64,000 nt of DNA, taken from positions 45,311,964 to 45,375,963 of the forward strand of contig NC_068993.1 in the NCBI RefSeq assembly GCF_001194135.2, given 5' to 3'. Positions 37,160-52,953 of this stretch are shown one piece after another. Positions within the stretch are counted from its first letter, which is position 1. Every line of letters begins with the position of its first letter. The notes below the pieces were generated by a model. The model worked only from the letters and a program-made list of their open reading frames with translations, made no database searches and was not told where the DNA came from. The translations under genes were made by a program, and so were the position numbers. The stretch comes from Octopus bimaculoides. Lineage: Eukaryota.

Positions 37160-37938
37160 GCATGCATACATACACACACACACACACGCGCGCGCATATG
37201 TGTATATAATTACGAATTAAAAGCAGCTTTAGTAATATAAATATTATCGGTCGCACTTACATAATGTACGTATTTTGTTTAAATGTTAATTTGCTGCAGG
37301 GTAGCGTCCAGGGTAAGTTCCCTAAACAACAACGGGTGTTAAAGAATACCGAATGTCCCAGACCAGGCGAGACAACTCATCCCGGATACCGAGAATGGTA
37401 GATACTGATATTTCGCCAATATCGGGATTGATCAAATAAATAAGTAGAAGTTGACTTCTATGGTCAATGTAATCGACTACAGAATTACTGGCCTTGTGCC
37501 AAAACTACTAAGCAGAGATACTAAAACACACACGTTTAAATATATCATAGCGTTAATTAAACTGTAATATATTTCCTAATCACCCTATTTAAACCTATTC
37601 TCCTAATTATTGTTGCTATAAACCTCGACAATATCCAAACATTTTTTATACTAAGTAAATATGTGGTCAACTCTTCCCGTTGACCAATTAATTTAATAAT
37701 TAATGTAATTTAGTGGCGCCATTCTATATTACTATTAACAATCATGTGTTGGTGTAAGCAAGAAATAGTAATGGTTCTCAACCCTAATTAATTCATACGT
37801 ATATACACTCACACGTATATGCTTGTACATATGTATACACAACTGAAACACTCATTCATATATGTATACTTTAAAGAATACGTAAAATATTTCATATATC
37901 GATGGAAGTGTGTGTACGCATATAATACATACATGTTC

Positions 37939-37982
<44 letters not shown>

Positions 37983-37983
<1 letters not shown>

Positions 37984-38602
37984 TAGCAGCTAAGCCCGGT
38001 TTCACCCGATCGGTTTGGATGATGTGGCTGAAAAACCTGCTCTGTGTAAGCATTCAACTTGTTTGGGCACGCTTACGTTAACAAACAATTTTAGAATGAC
38101 TTTTTTCTGTCGAAACGTTAAAAATAACTGACCAAAAAAAAAAAAAAAGAAACCAACCAAGATTCAACCAAATCAAAAAATAAACCCAAATACTAAGCGA
38201 ACAAATATGAACCATCCCACTACTATTGCGCGCACGCACACACACACACACACAATCACATACCCCCTTTTACCTACACACACATATTCACACAGAGTTG
38301 AAACACTGTTTGATTTATCTTTTCAGCGTACAATTTTCATCATCCCACTGCCAAGTATGACATCACCCCTTCCTTCCTTCCTTATTCATCTATCACCCTT
38401 TCATTTCTCATTCATAAACACAAGAGTATTGTTATAGTAGATTATCTCGGTAACCATGAGAGCTATGAAAAACTACAAAGCCCAGCATCACTACCAGATC
38501 ATTCTACACATCTGTGTAATTTTTCGCGCAATTCCACTCAGCCGTTTGACCGTGAATCCCAAGACAAGAAAGAATCGCCAATGTCAAATTTATACGTATA
38601 GA
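37983..38602 (-). mobile_element. Non-autonomous Helitron
   Basis: Minus strand A|TCTATACGTATAAA 5' end; 3' tcgg-gtgaaa-ccgg hairpin, then cttagctgCTAG|T; inserted beside (TA)n. Confidence 0.7.
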
Positions 38603-38721
38603 TATATATAATTACACCATATGCAACATATATATACTTCTGTGATATATATATATATCATATATAGGTTGATATATGTATATAGATATATGTGTGTATC
38701 TACACACACAGACACACACAA

Positions 38722-38818
<97 letters not shown>

Positions 38819-39399
38819 TATCTATATCTATATCTATACACACACACACACATACACACAAACACACACACAAATAATTCCACGTAGATGAAAAGAAAAT
38901 TTTAATTTTTAATACTTATATAACATTATCTGAAATAATACCAAAATGTCGGCAAGTCAATGGTGAAAATTGAAATATTTTTCAAAAATATTGATTTTCA
39001 TATAAACGCAAAAAAAAAAAAAAAATCTCAAAGAAAATGTTTGAAATAAAACGAAAAAATGCAATATAAAGTTTTAAAAGACGAAACAGTTAAAACTTCA
39101 TGCAAAATTGGATTGATTAATATGGAAGGAGAAACGGGACACAAAATATGATTAACGTAGAAGCATCAGTAGTAGCAGTAGTAGGAGTTGTAGTAATAGT
39201 AGTAGTATCTGTAATAATAGCAGGAGATGTTGTGGTAGTGATAGTAGTAGAGGTGGTGGTATTAATAGTGGTATTTTTTGTTGTTATGGTTGTGGTTGTA
39301 ATGTATTTTTTTGTAGGTGAACGATATACGTACTTAATAGAATAGATATTTTTTAAAGTGACTTTTAACACCAAATAAATTAATAGTCAATCATACTGA

Positions 39400-40010
<611 letters not shown>

Positions 40011-40429
40011 AAACCATTAAACAAACATAAAAGTAAACAAAAAACCGAAAAATAATGCTGAGTGGAAAGCAAGATGGATGCCAATCAGAAGAAATATATT
40101 TATTTTTTCTTAGGAAATTATGTTTGTATATATTCGGAATCATATATTAGCTCTGAGCTAGGCTCTGTTGCAAACACACACACGCACACACATGCTCGCA
40201 TACACACACACACACACACACACACGCTCGCACACGCAGACACACACGCAGGCACACACATACACACTCACATACATACACACACGCATACATACATGCA
40301 TACATACGAGATGCAGTGGTGGCCAGAACAGTCTGGAACAGGTGAACAAAAAAAAAAAGGAAAAAAGGAAAATATCTACAGACAAAGTTGGCTATTTTGA
40401 GATCGATGGTCATAAGAATATCGGTGAAA

Positions 40430-40737
40430 CCTAAAACTTTTAACAGCCACTAAGTTAAAACACAACCGGCCAGATGTCGTTGTCTGGGACAACAAGGAAA
40501 GAAATGTTGATAAAGAGTTTGTAAACCCAGTACCGATGATACACTTTCACTTTCACTTTCATAACTGTTAATATTTGAGCTGCATGACGCATACCAACCT
40601 GTCTGGAGCTAAGTATGGTCGAATTTGGGTTCTTGGAGAAAGTATGCATCTCCTTGATTCATACACCACAAAGGATAACGATATCTGGGAGTACAAAGAT
40701 CTGCAAGACCTTTTCAGGATTCAAAAGATGATGAACA
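40430..40737 (+). mobile_element. R4/Dong RLE endonuclease-domain fragment
   Basis: HNRPDVVVWDNKE at 40461 (PD motif); LLD...KDNDIWE..QDLFRIQKM at ~40650-40735 resembles ID...D.NI..KE...YQDL..EIQKMW. Confidence 0.55.
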
Positions 40738-40739
40738 AT

Positions 40740-41620
40740 GCACCTTTCTGCACACACTCATTCAGAAGCCACGAATCCCATCTGGTCCGGGGCTTTCCAT
40801 TTAGGCACTTTCACCACTTGTTCTTTCACATCACCCGTGCTTATGACAGTATTACTTTGTTTCTTGTAATTCTGTTTCTTGTAATTCTGTTTCTTGTAAT
40901 TCTGTTTCTTGTAATTCTGTTTCTTGTAATTCTGTTCCTATCCACATTGCATCCCTTTTATGCACCACATTGTTTCCCCATAATTCGCTCCAGAACTCCT
41001 TGGCTTGCTTTGCATCAGGAATAACATTTTTGCCCATTGTCTCCTTCTAACGTTTGGAAGAATTGCTTCGGGTTATTCTTGAACAATCTGTTCTCCTCGA
41101 ACTGCTTATTTCTGTTCACAAATCTTCTGATCTGGCTTTTTTTGCCATGATCCTCTGTTTTAACTGCTCTCTTACTGCATCAAAACCGTTCTTCCGTATT
41201 TTATATTTCTTCTCTAATTTTTCTAGGTCGGTCTTTTTTCCAATTTTCCAGTTTCCGCTTAACCATCTCTCAATTTTTCCTAGATCTTGCCTTGCCCGCA
41301 TTATGTCCATTTCAACGCGTCGTTTCCACCATGGTTCTTTTGCTTCACCATTTTTTGTTCTATTAAGTTGTAATTTCTCCCCAACAACTAGCGCAATAGC
41401 CCTGAGAAGATTCCTTGTTTGTGTCATGTCCTCTGCCTGGATGTGTGGTATGACAGTATTTATCTTTTGTGTTACTTTATTTATCATACTCCTACATATC
41501 CTTCTCATATTCATGGCGATTTTTCCTTCTGGAACATTCATCAAGTCGGTGAGTCGTCTTTGAATTTCAAGCAATTCATTATCTAGTTGGTTCATTTCCC
41601 CTGCTTGTTCACCCACCATT
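40740..41620 (-). mobile_element. R4/Dong-clade LINE, N-terminal region up to RT start
   Basis: EPWWKRRVE...LKQRIMAKK, ENRLFKNNPKQFFQTL, PDAKQAKEFWSELW, KWKAPGPDGIRGF, LNECVQKG; frameshifted. Confidence 0.8.
40859..40936. repeat. Perfect 15-bp tandem repeat x5
   Basis: (gtttcttgtaattct)5, in frame as (TELQE)n on the minus strand. Confidence 0.95.
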
Positions 41621-41629
41621 GTATCTGGG

Positions 41630-42120
<491 letters not shown>

Positions 42121-42166
42121 TATTATTATTTTTCTTATCATTATTATTTTCCTTATAATTATTATT

Positions 42167-42375
42167 AAGGCGGCGAGCTGGAAGAATCGTTAGCACGCTA
42201 GACGAAATGCTTAGCGGCATTTTGAACGTCTTTTTCTTCTGAGTTCAATTTTCGCAGAAGTCGACTTTTCCTTTCATCTTTTTGGGATCGATGAAATAAT
42301 ACCAGTTGTGTACTGGGTCGATATAATATATAGCCCCACCCCCAAATTTCAGACATTGTGCATTTAATAGAAAAG
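42167..42375 (+). mobile_element. SINE family A, full length
   Basis: aaggcggcgagctggaagaatcgttagc...; starts in the ATT tail of the previous copy. Confidence 0.88.
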
Positions 42376-42565
42376 ATTATTATTATTATTCTTAGCAATA
42401 ACAGAATTATTAATATCTATAGTATTATTGATGTGGCCGTTTTCTATCTCTTCTTGCTTCATTCCTCATGTTCAGCTGATGTTATTACTTTTGTGCTTGT
42501 TGTAATTACTATTGATGTACTCGTTGCTGTTCGAGATCTATCACTACTACTTTCACCCACATGAA

Positions 42566-42598
<33 letters not shown>

Positions 42599-42755
42599 GT
42601 CTGTCTGTCTGTCTGGCTGTCTGTCTGTTTGTCTGTCTGTCTATGCATATATATATTTTAGTGTGTGTGTGTATGTGCATGTGTGTATGTGCATGTGTGT
42701 ATGCGTATGTACATGTATATGTATGCGTATATATATGTATACACACACTCATATT

Positions 42756-42790
<35 letters not shown>

Positions 42791-42903
42791 ATAGATATGT
42801 ATGTTTGTATACACACATATGTTTCAAAAAGATATTTGTATTCAATGCGCATTCAATTTCCTCGTCTTAACACTAGAACAAGATATTAAATAAAAGCTAC
42901 ATT

Positions 42904-42942
<39 letters not shown>

Positions 42943-43408
42943 AAGAGATGAAATAATACTACTATCACAAGGACAGCAGAAGCCAGACTAAGAACAAAAA
43001 TAATAGCGACAACATTCAAACATATCTAAAAGAACATTGGTAAACATTATAAGTTCATTTATAATCATATCCAATAATATCAAAATATATTTGTGTTCCT
43101 CTTTATTTTAAAACATTGTCAATTATTTGTGTTTATATTATTATTTTTTTTCTGTTATTAATATATTGTTATCGTTTTCGTTTTTTTTTCTCTGTAACTT
43201 TTATTTAAAATGTTTTAAGCCGTATGAGGTTCAAACATGATGAATAAAGATAGAAATTCAGGCAGACAGACGAACACACAGAGACGGACGAACACACAGA
43301 GACAGACATATACAAACACTCGTCACTTCTGAAACAAACGCTACAATTGACGTAAAGTATATACCTACGTAATCAAATGTTTATGCACCCATTGCATATT
43401 CATATATA

Positions 43409-43462
<54 letters not shown>

Positions 43463-43611
43463 NNNNNNNNNNNNNNNNNNNNNNNNNNNNNNNNNNNNNN
43501 NNNNNNNNNNNNNNNNNNNNNNNNNNNNNNNNNNNNNNNNNNNNNNNNNNNNNNNNNNNNNNNNNNNNNNNNNNNNNNNNNNNNNNNNNNNNNNNNNNNN
43601 NNNNNNNNNNN

Positions 43612-43666
<55 letters not shown>

Positions 43667-43804
43667 TACATACATACATATATATATTTAAATCTATTTA
43701 ATCTTATAGACATATGTGTGTGAATACATATGCTTACACATCATATGTATGTATACACACACATATAATATATGTATATAAATATGCGTACCCTTAAATA
43801 CACT

Positions 43805-43892
<88 letters not shown>

Positions 43893-44469
43893 TACATGTA
43901 TATTTATTCACAGAAACACATAGATATATATATCTATCTATACGCTAGTCTTATCAATATATACAAAACGATAAGCTATGAAAATTTCTTGTTGCTACCC
44001 GTTGATTTTTCGTTATTTTTTCCACATAGTTTAGCTATAACATATTCGCAGTTACATATATGAATTTAATAGTATTTTAGAATTAATATTTAACTGGTAC
44101 TGGATAAACACAGAACAATGAAAACCATTCTGAAATAAAGAAATATATAAATGAATATATCCCTGAGTAAGTCATCTCCTGGTATCAATGCAGAATATCC
44201 AGTCAGAACATAACTCAAACGGGGAGACGTCTTCGATAGTTAATTCAGGGTCACCCACAAGAATAACTGAAAATGTGTGTGTCTGACGTGTGTGCAGAGG
44301 GATTGGATAAAATGCAGGAATCACAGGGAAAAGTATTTGAATTTAGATAGATGAGAAAAAAGAATAGGTAGACGGGCATGTGGATAACGAGGTAGAGTCG
44401 TAAATAAAGTAAAGAAGGGCATTGTTGAGTGAAAAGGACATTAGGAAGGCCAGAAACAGTTTTTGAGAG

Positions 44470-44840
44470 AGAACATGCAAAGCACTGAAGAAAGAAGTTA
44501 TTACATATCGACGTGCAACTGTTAGAGAGGTCGGAAATGTTATGGATATGTTGCTGTTTTGCATAAGAAAATATTTAAAGACGTTGGATATTCACGAAGA
44601 GTTGCAAGACCGAAGTCAATGATTTTAAAGGCAAATGAGACCCATAGAATTTTAGGACAAGGAAGACAAGTATTGGTCATTTATAATCAGGTTCGACGGA
44701 AATAAATCTTGCTAATTTTTAAAATTTGGTGGAATTATATATGTGTGGCATAGCAAAAGAGAAACATAGGAGCTGGATGATCTGCAAGGAACAGACGAAG
44801 ATGAAGTTGTGTTATGGGAAGCGGTTTGGCAAAAGGAAAA
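44470..44840 (+). mobile_element. Tc1-like transposase relic
   Basis: DVGYSRRVARPK...HRI, YWSFIIRFDGNK (compare W..VIWSDE.K), GG.IYV and VVLWEA (compare VMVWG); frameshifted. Confidence 0.5.
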
Positions 44841-46953
44841 TCATGCATACACACACACACACACGCACTCACATGACACCATCGGTAGAAGAAGGAAATA
44901 TTCTACCAAATTTCAAAACCTAAGTTTTCATCTTAAAATTATGTTTGAAACTGCATCTCTAGCCATGCAAAAGAAAAAACAAAACAAAAGACAAAAAACA
45001 AAAATGAAAGCATAAAACCAAAGAAAGGTCAGAGATAAAGATGTAAGAGATGGTCAAACAGGTTCCAAGTTTTGTAGAACAAATAGTCGCCTGCTAAGGA
45101 AGGTCGCTTGTGATGGACTTGTATGCCGTTTCATTTTCTTTTCTGATTACTTTTTTGAGTTGTGTTGTGAAGTTACATTAGTTTTACAAACAAANNNNNN
45201 NNNNNNNNNNNNNNNNNNNNNNNNNNNNNNNNNNNNNNNNNNNNNNNNNNNNNNNNNNNNNNNNNNNNNNNNNNNNNNNNNNNNNNNNNNNNNNNNNNNN
45301 NNNNNNNNNNNNNNNNNNNNNNNNNNNNNNNNNNNNNNNNNNNNNNNNNNNNNNNNNNNNNNNNNNNNNNNNNNNNNNNNNNNNNNNNNNNNNNNNNNNN
45401 NNNNNNNNNNNNNNNNNNNNNNNNNNNNNNNNNNNNNNNNNNNNNNNNNNNCAACAACACTTATTAAACAATAATATTTAACTTAAATACGTTTTCAAAT
45501 TTCTAAATATTTCACTGATTCACAAAACATACGAAGTTAAAACATCAATATTCTTTGTAAAATTTAAAGCGGATTTTGCGCAAAATTGTAAAATGATAAG
45601 TATTTCCACTTACCATCAAACACGTCATAAACGACAGTTATCATGTACTTTGTCTTTGTATAAAAGATGGGCTACAGCAAATATTCTGCTCAACATCACA
45701 GATTTGCTTGTCTGTTGCTTGACCATAACCAGTTGAGCATGTCGCTTAGTGGCTGACGACATGTGCATCTCTGATCACAAGCAGAAGTACTGGGAGAGCA
45801 TCATAGCCATGAGTTGAGAGGAATTCTTTGGGGTTTGGATAATTCAGCTCTGGAAACGGGTGTTTTGTTCATCATTTTTAAACAACCTTTATTCAGGGAC
45901 CTTTTGAGTGGGATGGGATACACGACCTGAAGAAAATTCTAACTGGGTCCCACCTGCAAGGTCATGTGGTGTTAATCTTGATATGAGGTCATCATGTCGC
46001 GCACATATGGTTGTGATGCATGTGCCTGGTGTACCCTTATCAGACGGGTAGTCATGATGGGTATAATGGGCTGCGTATATTTTACCTCAGTGTCACTTTG
46101 GTGGCTTGCTCTGCTCTCTCACTCACTCATACATATACACACACACATACATACATACATAGATACATACATACANNNNNNNNNNNNNNNNNNNNNNNNN
46201 NNNNNNNNNNNNNNNNNNNNNNNNNNNNNNNNNNNNNNNNNNNNNNNNNNNNNNNNNNNNNNNNNNNNNNNNNNNNNNNNNNNNNNNNNNNNNNNNNNNN
46301 NNNNNNNNNNNNNNNNNNNNNNNNNNNNNNNNNNNATATATATATAAAACATATTCGCAAATGTATATACACAGACACGCACGCATTCCCATAGTGAAAC
46401 ATAAGCGCGCGCATATGCGTACAAACCTCACATAAAAGCAGAAACAAAGACACATACGTCCATATATGAATCTAGCTACATTTACATTGAATCAACACAG
46501 ATGCACTACTATATATTCCTACCCTCACACACACACATACAAAATGAACGTTTTTACACGTATACTTTTTCCCGTGTTCACATATTCATACCAAAATATA
46601 CACATATATGCGCATGTATAATTTGTGTATGGTGATACACCTATGCAAAGGAGCACATTAACCGATTCCCGCACAATATCTTGTCTTGCAGCGCGTTCAT
46701 TCACCTTACAAGATCTGCGCACATTTGCACGCTCTTATAATATCAGATACTATCGAAGGAAAACGTAAATTCAAGCTCTCACACAGAACACGAATGATAT
46801 GTCGCTTTTTCTCTCTTACTGTTTATGTCAATCTCACTTATTTTTCTCTTACAGAATAGGGTGTACACACAAATGTGAGTGCACACATATGTATTTATGT
46901 ACAAACACACATATATTAGTATATGCAAGAGGATATATGTGTACTTATATACT

Positions 46954-46985
<32 letters not shown>

Positions 46986-48297
46986 TGTAGTATGTATGTA
47001 TATATNNNNNNNNNNNNNNNNNNNNNNNNNNNNNNNNNNNNNNNNNNNNNNNNNNNNNNNNNNNNNNNNNNNNNNNNNNNNNNNNNNNNNNNNNNNNNNN
47101 NNNNNNNNNNNNNNNNNNNNNNNNNNNNNNNNNNNNNNNNNNNNNNNNNNNNNNNNNNNNNNNNNNNNNNNNNNNNNNNNNNNNNNNNNNNNNNNNNNNN
47201 NNNNNNNNNNNNNNNNNNNNNNNNNNNNNNNNNNNNNNNNNNNNNNNNNNNNNNNNNNNNNNNNNNNNNNNNNNNNNNNNNNNNNNNNNNNNNNNNNNNN
47301 NNNNNNNNNNNNNNNNNNNNNNNNNNNNNNNNNNNNNNNNNNNNNNNNNNNNNNNNNNNNNNNNNNNNNNNNNNNNNNNNNNNNNNNNNNNNNNNNNNNN
47401 NNNNNNNNNNNNNNNNNNNNNNNNNNNNNNNNNNNNNNNNNNNNNNNNNNNNNNNNNNNNNNNNNNNNNNNNNNNNNNNNNNNNNNNNNNNNNNNNNNNN
47501 NNNNNNNNNNNNNNNNNNNNNNNNNNNNNNNNNNNNNNNNNNNNNNNNNNNNNNNNNNNNNNNNNNNNNNNNNNNNNNNNNNNNNNNNNNNNNNNNNNNN
47601 NNNNNNNNNNNNNNNNNNNNNNNNNNNNNNNNNNNNNNNNNNNNNNNNNNNNNNNNNNNNNNNNNNNNNNNNNNNNNNNNNNNNNNNNNNNNNNNNNNNN
47701 NNNNNNNNNNNNNNNNNNNNNNNNNNNNNNNNNNNNNNNNNNNNNNNNNNNNNNNNNNNNNNNNNNNNNNNNNNNNNNNNNNNNNNNNNNNNNNNNNNNN
47801 NNNNNNNNNNNNNNNNNNNNNNNNNNNNNNNNNNNNNNNNNNNNNNNNNNNNNNNNNNNNNNNNNNNNNNNNNNNNNNNNNNNNNNNNNNNNNNNNNNNN
47901 NNNNNNNNNNNNNNNNATATATATATATATATATATATATATGTATACTCCTTCTCTCATACACAGTGAAGCAGACATATATTCATGCACAAGGCTGCCA
48001 CTCAAATGCTCACCATATACAGACAGATACATTGCACTAGTGCTTTTCTTTTTACAGTCGGATTATATGCGTGCATGACTTAATGGTATCCAGAGGCTAG
48101 TAATAATTGTATATAGTGCTTTATGCCAATTTCAGTTAGGTTTTCCAGAGTGCCAGAGGTTCTGTTAGTAAAAGACATATTTTGCAAAAGAATTAGAAAT
48201 TGTAGTTGTTTTGTCTGTCTTTTGATTGTATTCCTCTATAGTTGATTCTCCTTTGTGCATTTTCATACGTCTGTCTGCCTAACTCAGTGTGTGAGTG

Positions 48298-48328
<31 letters not shown>

Positions 48329-48362
48329 ATGTGTGTGTGTATCTATCTATCTATCTATCTAC

Positions 48363-48398
<36 letters not shown>

Positions 48399-49077
48399 TT
48401 ACGTATATACGTTGAGGGAAAAGCATGACTTCTCTTTCAAACATTATACTAAAGACACGACTGTGTTCAATTCAATATTTTTTATCAATGATTTTTCACA
48501 TATTGTTACATCTCCTTTACATTAGAAAAAGAAATAATAATACTTAATAATACTTTTTTTTTTTTATTAAGTAAACCTAACATTTCAAGAGCTTACCGAT
48601 CTCATCGTCTGAATGAAGTGATAAAAGCGACACGTTGAAACCGCTTTTTCTCGTAGAAAACAACCAAAATTTTTGTGAACCTCTTTACCACATTCATAAA
48701 TTAAAGTTAACCTCCAGAGTGAAGTGGGTATACACACTCACACACAGAGGCATATATATATATATATCTGTTGATTCCCTAGAAGCGATAAATTACAGGG
48801 CTATACAAATGTAAAGTATTCTTTAATGCATTATAACTAAAAGGCTGTATTTCCAGTTCTCAGGATCACTAACCTCCGATTATCAGTCGGTAAACCGAGC
48901 ATGGTTTTCTTTTGAAATATCCACTGCCTGAAATATCCACAGTGGCTGTTTCGAAAGTAAACCTTGCTAGGTTTACCAGCAAAGTTTATGTACATATATA
49001 TGCTCAGTGTTGAGCTTTCTTTGGGGCTTATCTGTAATTTTTATATGATATGTGTAAGCGAGAATGATATCAGTTAC

Positions 49078-49510
49078 GCTATCCCGCTGCAAATTTGGTG
49101 AATAAAGAGAACACATACACTATATATGTGCGACTGATAATATTTACATAACTAAAGCTACTTCAATTTGCAATCCAATTTTCTGTCACATGTGCTATGC
49201 TGAAGCACATCAGCAAATAAATTTCACTCAGCTTGCATTTAAGTCATAGACCAGCGATTCATTTCATTTCGTTTTGATCCAAGTACATGGTATTCATAAA
49301 CCACAATAATAGCGAAATATCGATATCTACTACTCTCGGTGATTCCGCGAATGGTAGATATCACACAGACTTTGATACTAGTCTATGACATTTAGGCATT
49401 CGTAAACACTCGGCACCGTTTGGGGAGCTTTCTTCGGACGCTATCTCGCAGCAAAGTTTGCATATAAACAAAGCACATACGCTATATATATGTGCGACCG
49501 ATAATATGTA
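49078..49510. repeat. Diverged ~65-bp direct repeat pair
   Basis: gctatcccgctgcaaatttg...cacatacactatatatgtgcgactgataata (49078-49143) vs gctatctcgcagcaaagtttg...cacatacgctatatatatgtgcgaccgataata (~49440-49506). Confidence 0.75.
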
Positions 49511-49550
49511 TACACATATATTAAAGTATATATGCATATATACATAGATA

Positions 49551-49603
<53 letters not shown>

Positions 49604-50539
49604 GATCTATCGATCTATCTATCTACTACATATACATACATAAACATGCATATATATAAACGCACGTCAACATTTCACTGTCACTATTTAAAGCATGCAC
49701 AACCTAGTACTTAATTGAAATTGTTTGCAAATTTGCATCATGCATTAGTCGGTTGCATGATTAAAAGTTTATTACATATTTGTTAATGCTTAAAACACCG
49801 TGTATTAGGGAATCTAACATAGTATAATAGTTTGTTACGCATACACCGTGAAAAAGAAACAAATGCCAATGCTGTTTCTGCTTAAAGCTATTTGCCTATT
49901 TAATGACTCCGTCACCTAATGTGCGATATGCAGATTAGCATTGTAATTTTGGATAAATACTAACTTTGTGAGTGAGTTAAATAGTTATTGCTATGAAATT
50001 ATCTTCGCAGGCGAATGAGTGTGTTTTACCTGTGAAGAGTGGACAACCCATTACGAAACATTTCAGGACTGATAAAGAATAACAGTTTTATCATAAGTTG
50101 TTGTTGGGGCTAATATGTTATATGCTACACGCTAATTATGTACACACACATACCTAGACACACACACACACACACACACACGCGCGCGTGCATTCACATG
50201 TATACATACAAAGCGACAAACATATAAACATATAGAGTGCATGTATGCGTGCACTCATATGTGTCTTTGTATGTGTGGTGTCTAAATACTATACATATCA
50301 TCGCTTAGCTGTTTACTAAACAAACAAATTCACTTAATCACCAAAGCACTGAAATGTTTCTATCAGCTATCACTATGTCGTCTGTGCTTCTTATACTGAA
50401 CGTATAGAAATTATTTCTAACGATAATGAATCAGCCGTATGAAGTGTTAAATAAACTTTTGGTTAGACTGGTGACTATAGTCAGATCTGAAAATTTATGG
50501 TCTGAACGGGTCTAAGGGCCAAATTCTGATGTACGTATG

Positions 50540-51035
50540 CTGTAATCTGCTGTAAATAAATAAATATTATAGGATCCAGAGCATTGATTCGCATGGGGTC
50601 ATCACGTGTTTTTGTGGGGGGGACCCCACTTCTGATTTTTGTATGTTGTGGTTTGCTGTCAAAAAATAAATATTATAGGGACTTGTGCATTGATTTACTT
50701 GGGGCCTCACTGGTATCTAGGGGCCTCAATACTCATCTGTGTGTTGAAGTTTGCTATCGTGAAATAAATTCTACAAGAATGAGTGAGTTGATTTGTTTAT
50801 GGGCCTCACGTGTCTAAGCCCCCCCCCCCCCAGTTCTTATCTCTGGATGTTGTGGCTTGCTGTCAGTAAATATATACTATAAGGACGAGTGAGTTGATTT
50901 GTTTGTCCGCCGCACGTGTCTAGGGGGCTCCAGTTCTGATCGCTGTACATTGTGGCTTGGTGACAATAAATAAATACTGCAGAGCCCTGCGCACTGATTT
51001 GCCTGGGAGCCTACAATGCTGGTGAGGCAGCACTA
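50540..51035. repeat. Diverged ~95-110 bp tandem repeat, ~5 units
   Basis: Recurring ttgtgg.ttgctgtca..aaata.ata.ta..gg...ttgattt...gggcctcac..gtctag.ggg. Confidence 0.75.
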
Positions 51036-52009
51036 GGTGACATTCGTATCAATTTTTCATCGGGCGATTAGATGAACATCATTAAAGTGGACACTTTTGG
51101 TAAGAATCAGAACTCAATGTTTTCTCATATGTTACGCGGAAGGATTTGTTTAAATGTAACCTAAACTCTAGAAACCAACTATTGATGTGAGTAATAGAAG
51201 TTTTGAAAGTTTTAATTAATTTCATTTGGGACTCCCTTTAATTACGCCCACAATCTTTTTTTAGTTTCTAATTAATTTCTAATTAAATCTATAATGAACT
51301 TATAATTAAAGAAGATTTCGATTTTTATAGTCCACCACAATATGTGTTGTTTCAAAATGATTTTTACGGAACATATATACACCCCTCCATATCCTCCACA
51401 CAGAAGCACATACATATCACGCTTGCACATATGAAGTCACACATTTACATATTCACTCACTTACAATCATAGACACCTGGGCTTAATTACATAGAGATCA
51501 AGTCACCCATGCATACACTCACACAGACTTTGATACTCATACATACACGCACGTTTATTCTAAATCTATTTCGCTGAATAGTACTTGTAAAACATGTTCA
51601 TCTATCCTCGTTCATCACGAGTGTTTCGTTCCAAAGTACACCGTGTTAAATGAATCAGTGATAACTGAATAAGAGACTATTGGTACAATAGATTTTATTC
51701 AGTGACTTCAAGTTGTCCTGAGCATTGTAAATGGTCACTGGGGCGCGCTTTCAAAGTCCAAGCACAAACTTGCTCCCACAGATCAATTCGTGATAAGCGC
51801 AACACGGTTGGAACTTGCCTATATTTAGATTGAATGAATGTGGTTATTAAGTTTTCACTTTTATATTACACTATGGAAGACAGTAGGGAATATTTTTTGT
51901 ATGACTTAAAGGATTGGTCACTGTTTAGTTAGGTATTTAGGGGTTGGTTATAGATTTACTTATTGAATTTATTTACCGATACTGTTGTACATATACCGAC
52001 ACTGTTGTA

Positions 52010-52897
52010 CATATTCGCTTTCCCCGAATATCCTCTCTCAAACGCTTAACAAAATTCGTAGTAGAACTCAGTTGACGATCTGGTCCCGGGGGACGAATTC
52101 TCGATTTACAATACCGCAAATGTCGAAAAAAGAAAAAAGATGGGCATGTTCTTGATTGAGTTGCAGCTCTGTCGTGTCTTCTTCGGTCGTGGAGATGAAG
52201 GGGTCTTCCAATGTGACGACTTTTGCTTCCTGTCAGACTCATATTCGTGATAATCCTCGACATGAAGATTGGGTCATCAGCGGTACGTCTATGAAGATCT
52301 TGACAGACTTCGACGCAATGTTCTTTTTATTCAGTGGTCAGCAGGCGGGGGACAAACTTGGCTGAGACACACCGCATGTTCAATTTCAGACGTTAGGATT
52401 GCCTGCACGGACCCATACGACTGACCAACAACATCAGCAATGTCGATAATTGATTTTCGACAACTCACATGCCCCAAGCGGATGAATTTTCTGCACATTT
52501 CCGAGGGTGACGCTCGTGACAGGTCTTCTAGGGATGTTCCTCCGCTTTTGAAGCTCCCGTGCCACTCGAATCATTGCGTATGACCTATTGTCTCATCGCT
52601 GTAAGCTTGCTGAAGCATGTTCAATGTCTCTGTAGCAGACTTCCCAACTTTAACGCAAAATTTTATGTTGCCTTTTTGTTCTAACTTCCTGTCCATGACA
52701 AAATCGCAGACTACAGCATCTGCATGATCACAAAATCATAAATTTCACAACTTGCAATGTAAACGCAGCAATGTCACTCGGCACACTGACTCATGAAGGG
52801 CACTGCTAGCTCCCACTGTGCACGCAACCGTGTGCTGCCATTTATTGGCACGCTACAGAACTAGTCCGGGAACGTTTTTGATATTACCTCGAATGTA
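52010..52897 (-). mobile_element. Mariner transposon relic (transposase pseudogene from 52696)
   Basis: Left TIR-like TA..cgaggtaatatcaaaaacgttcccggact. MDRKLEQKGNIKFCVKVGKSATETL, VSAKFVPRLLT, FMSRIIT, HWKTPSSPRPKK, FFDICGIVNREFVP; 3' part missing. Confidence 0.9.
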
Positions 52898-52953
52898 GTG
52901 CAAAATCAAGAAAAAAGTACAGCGAATCTGCAGTGAGAAATGGAAAAAAAAAA

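Noticed and set aside
45640-46070. Sequence that looks familiar as an abundant octopus interspersed repeat
   Set aside because: Only one copy is here and it has no diagnostic termini or ORF; I cannot support a call from this window.
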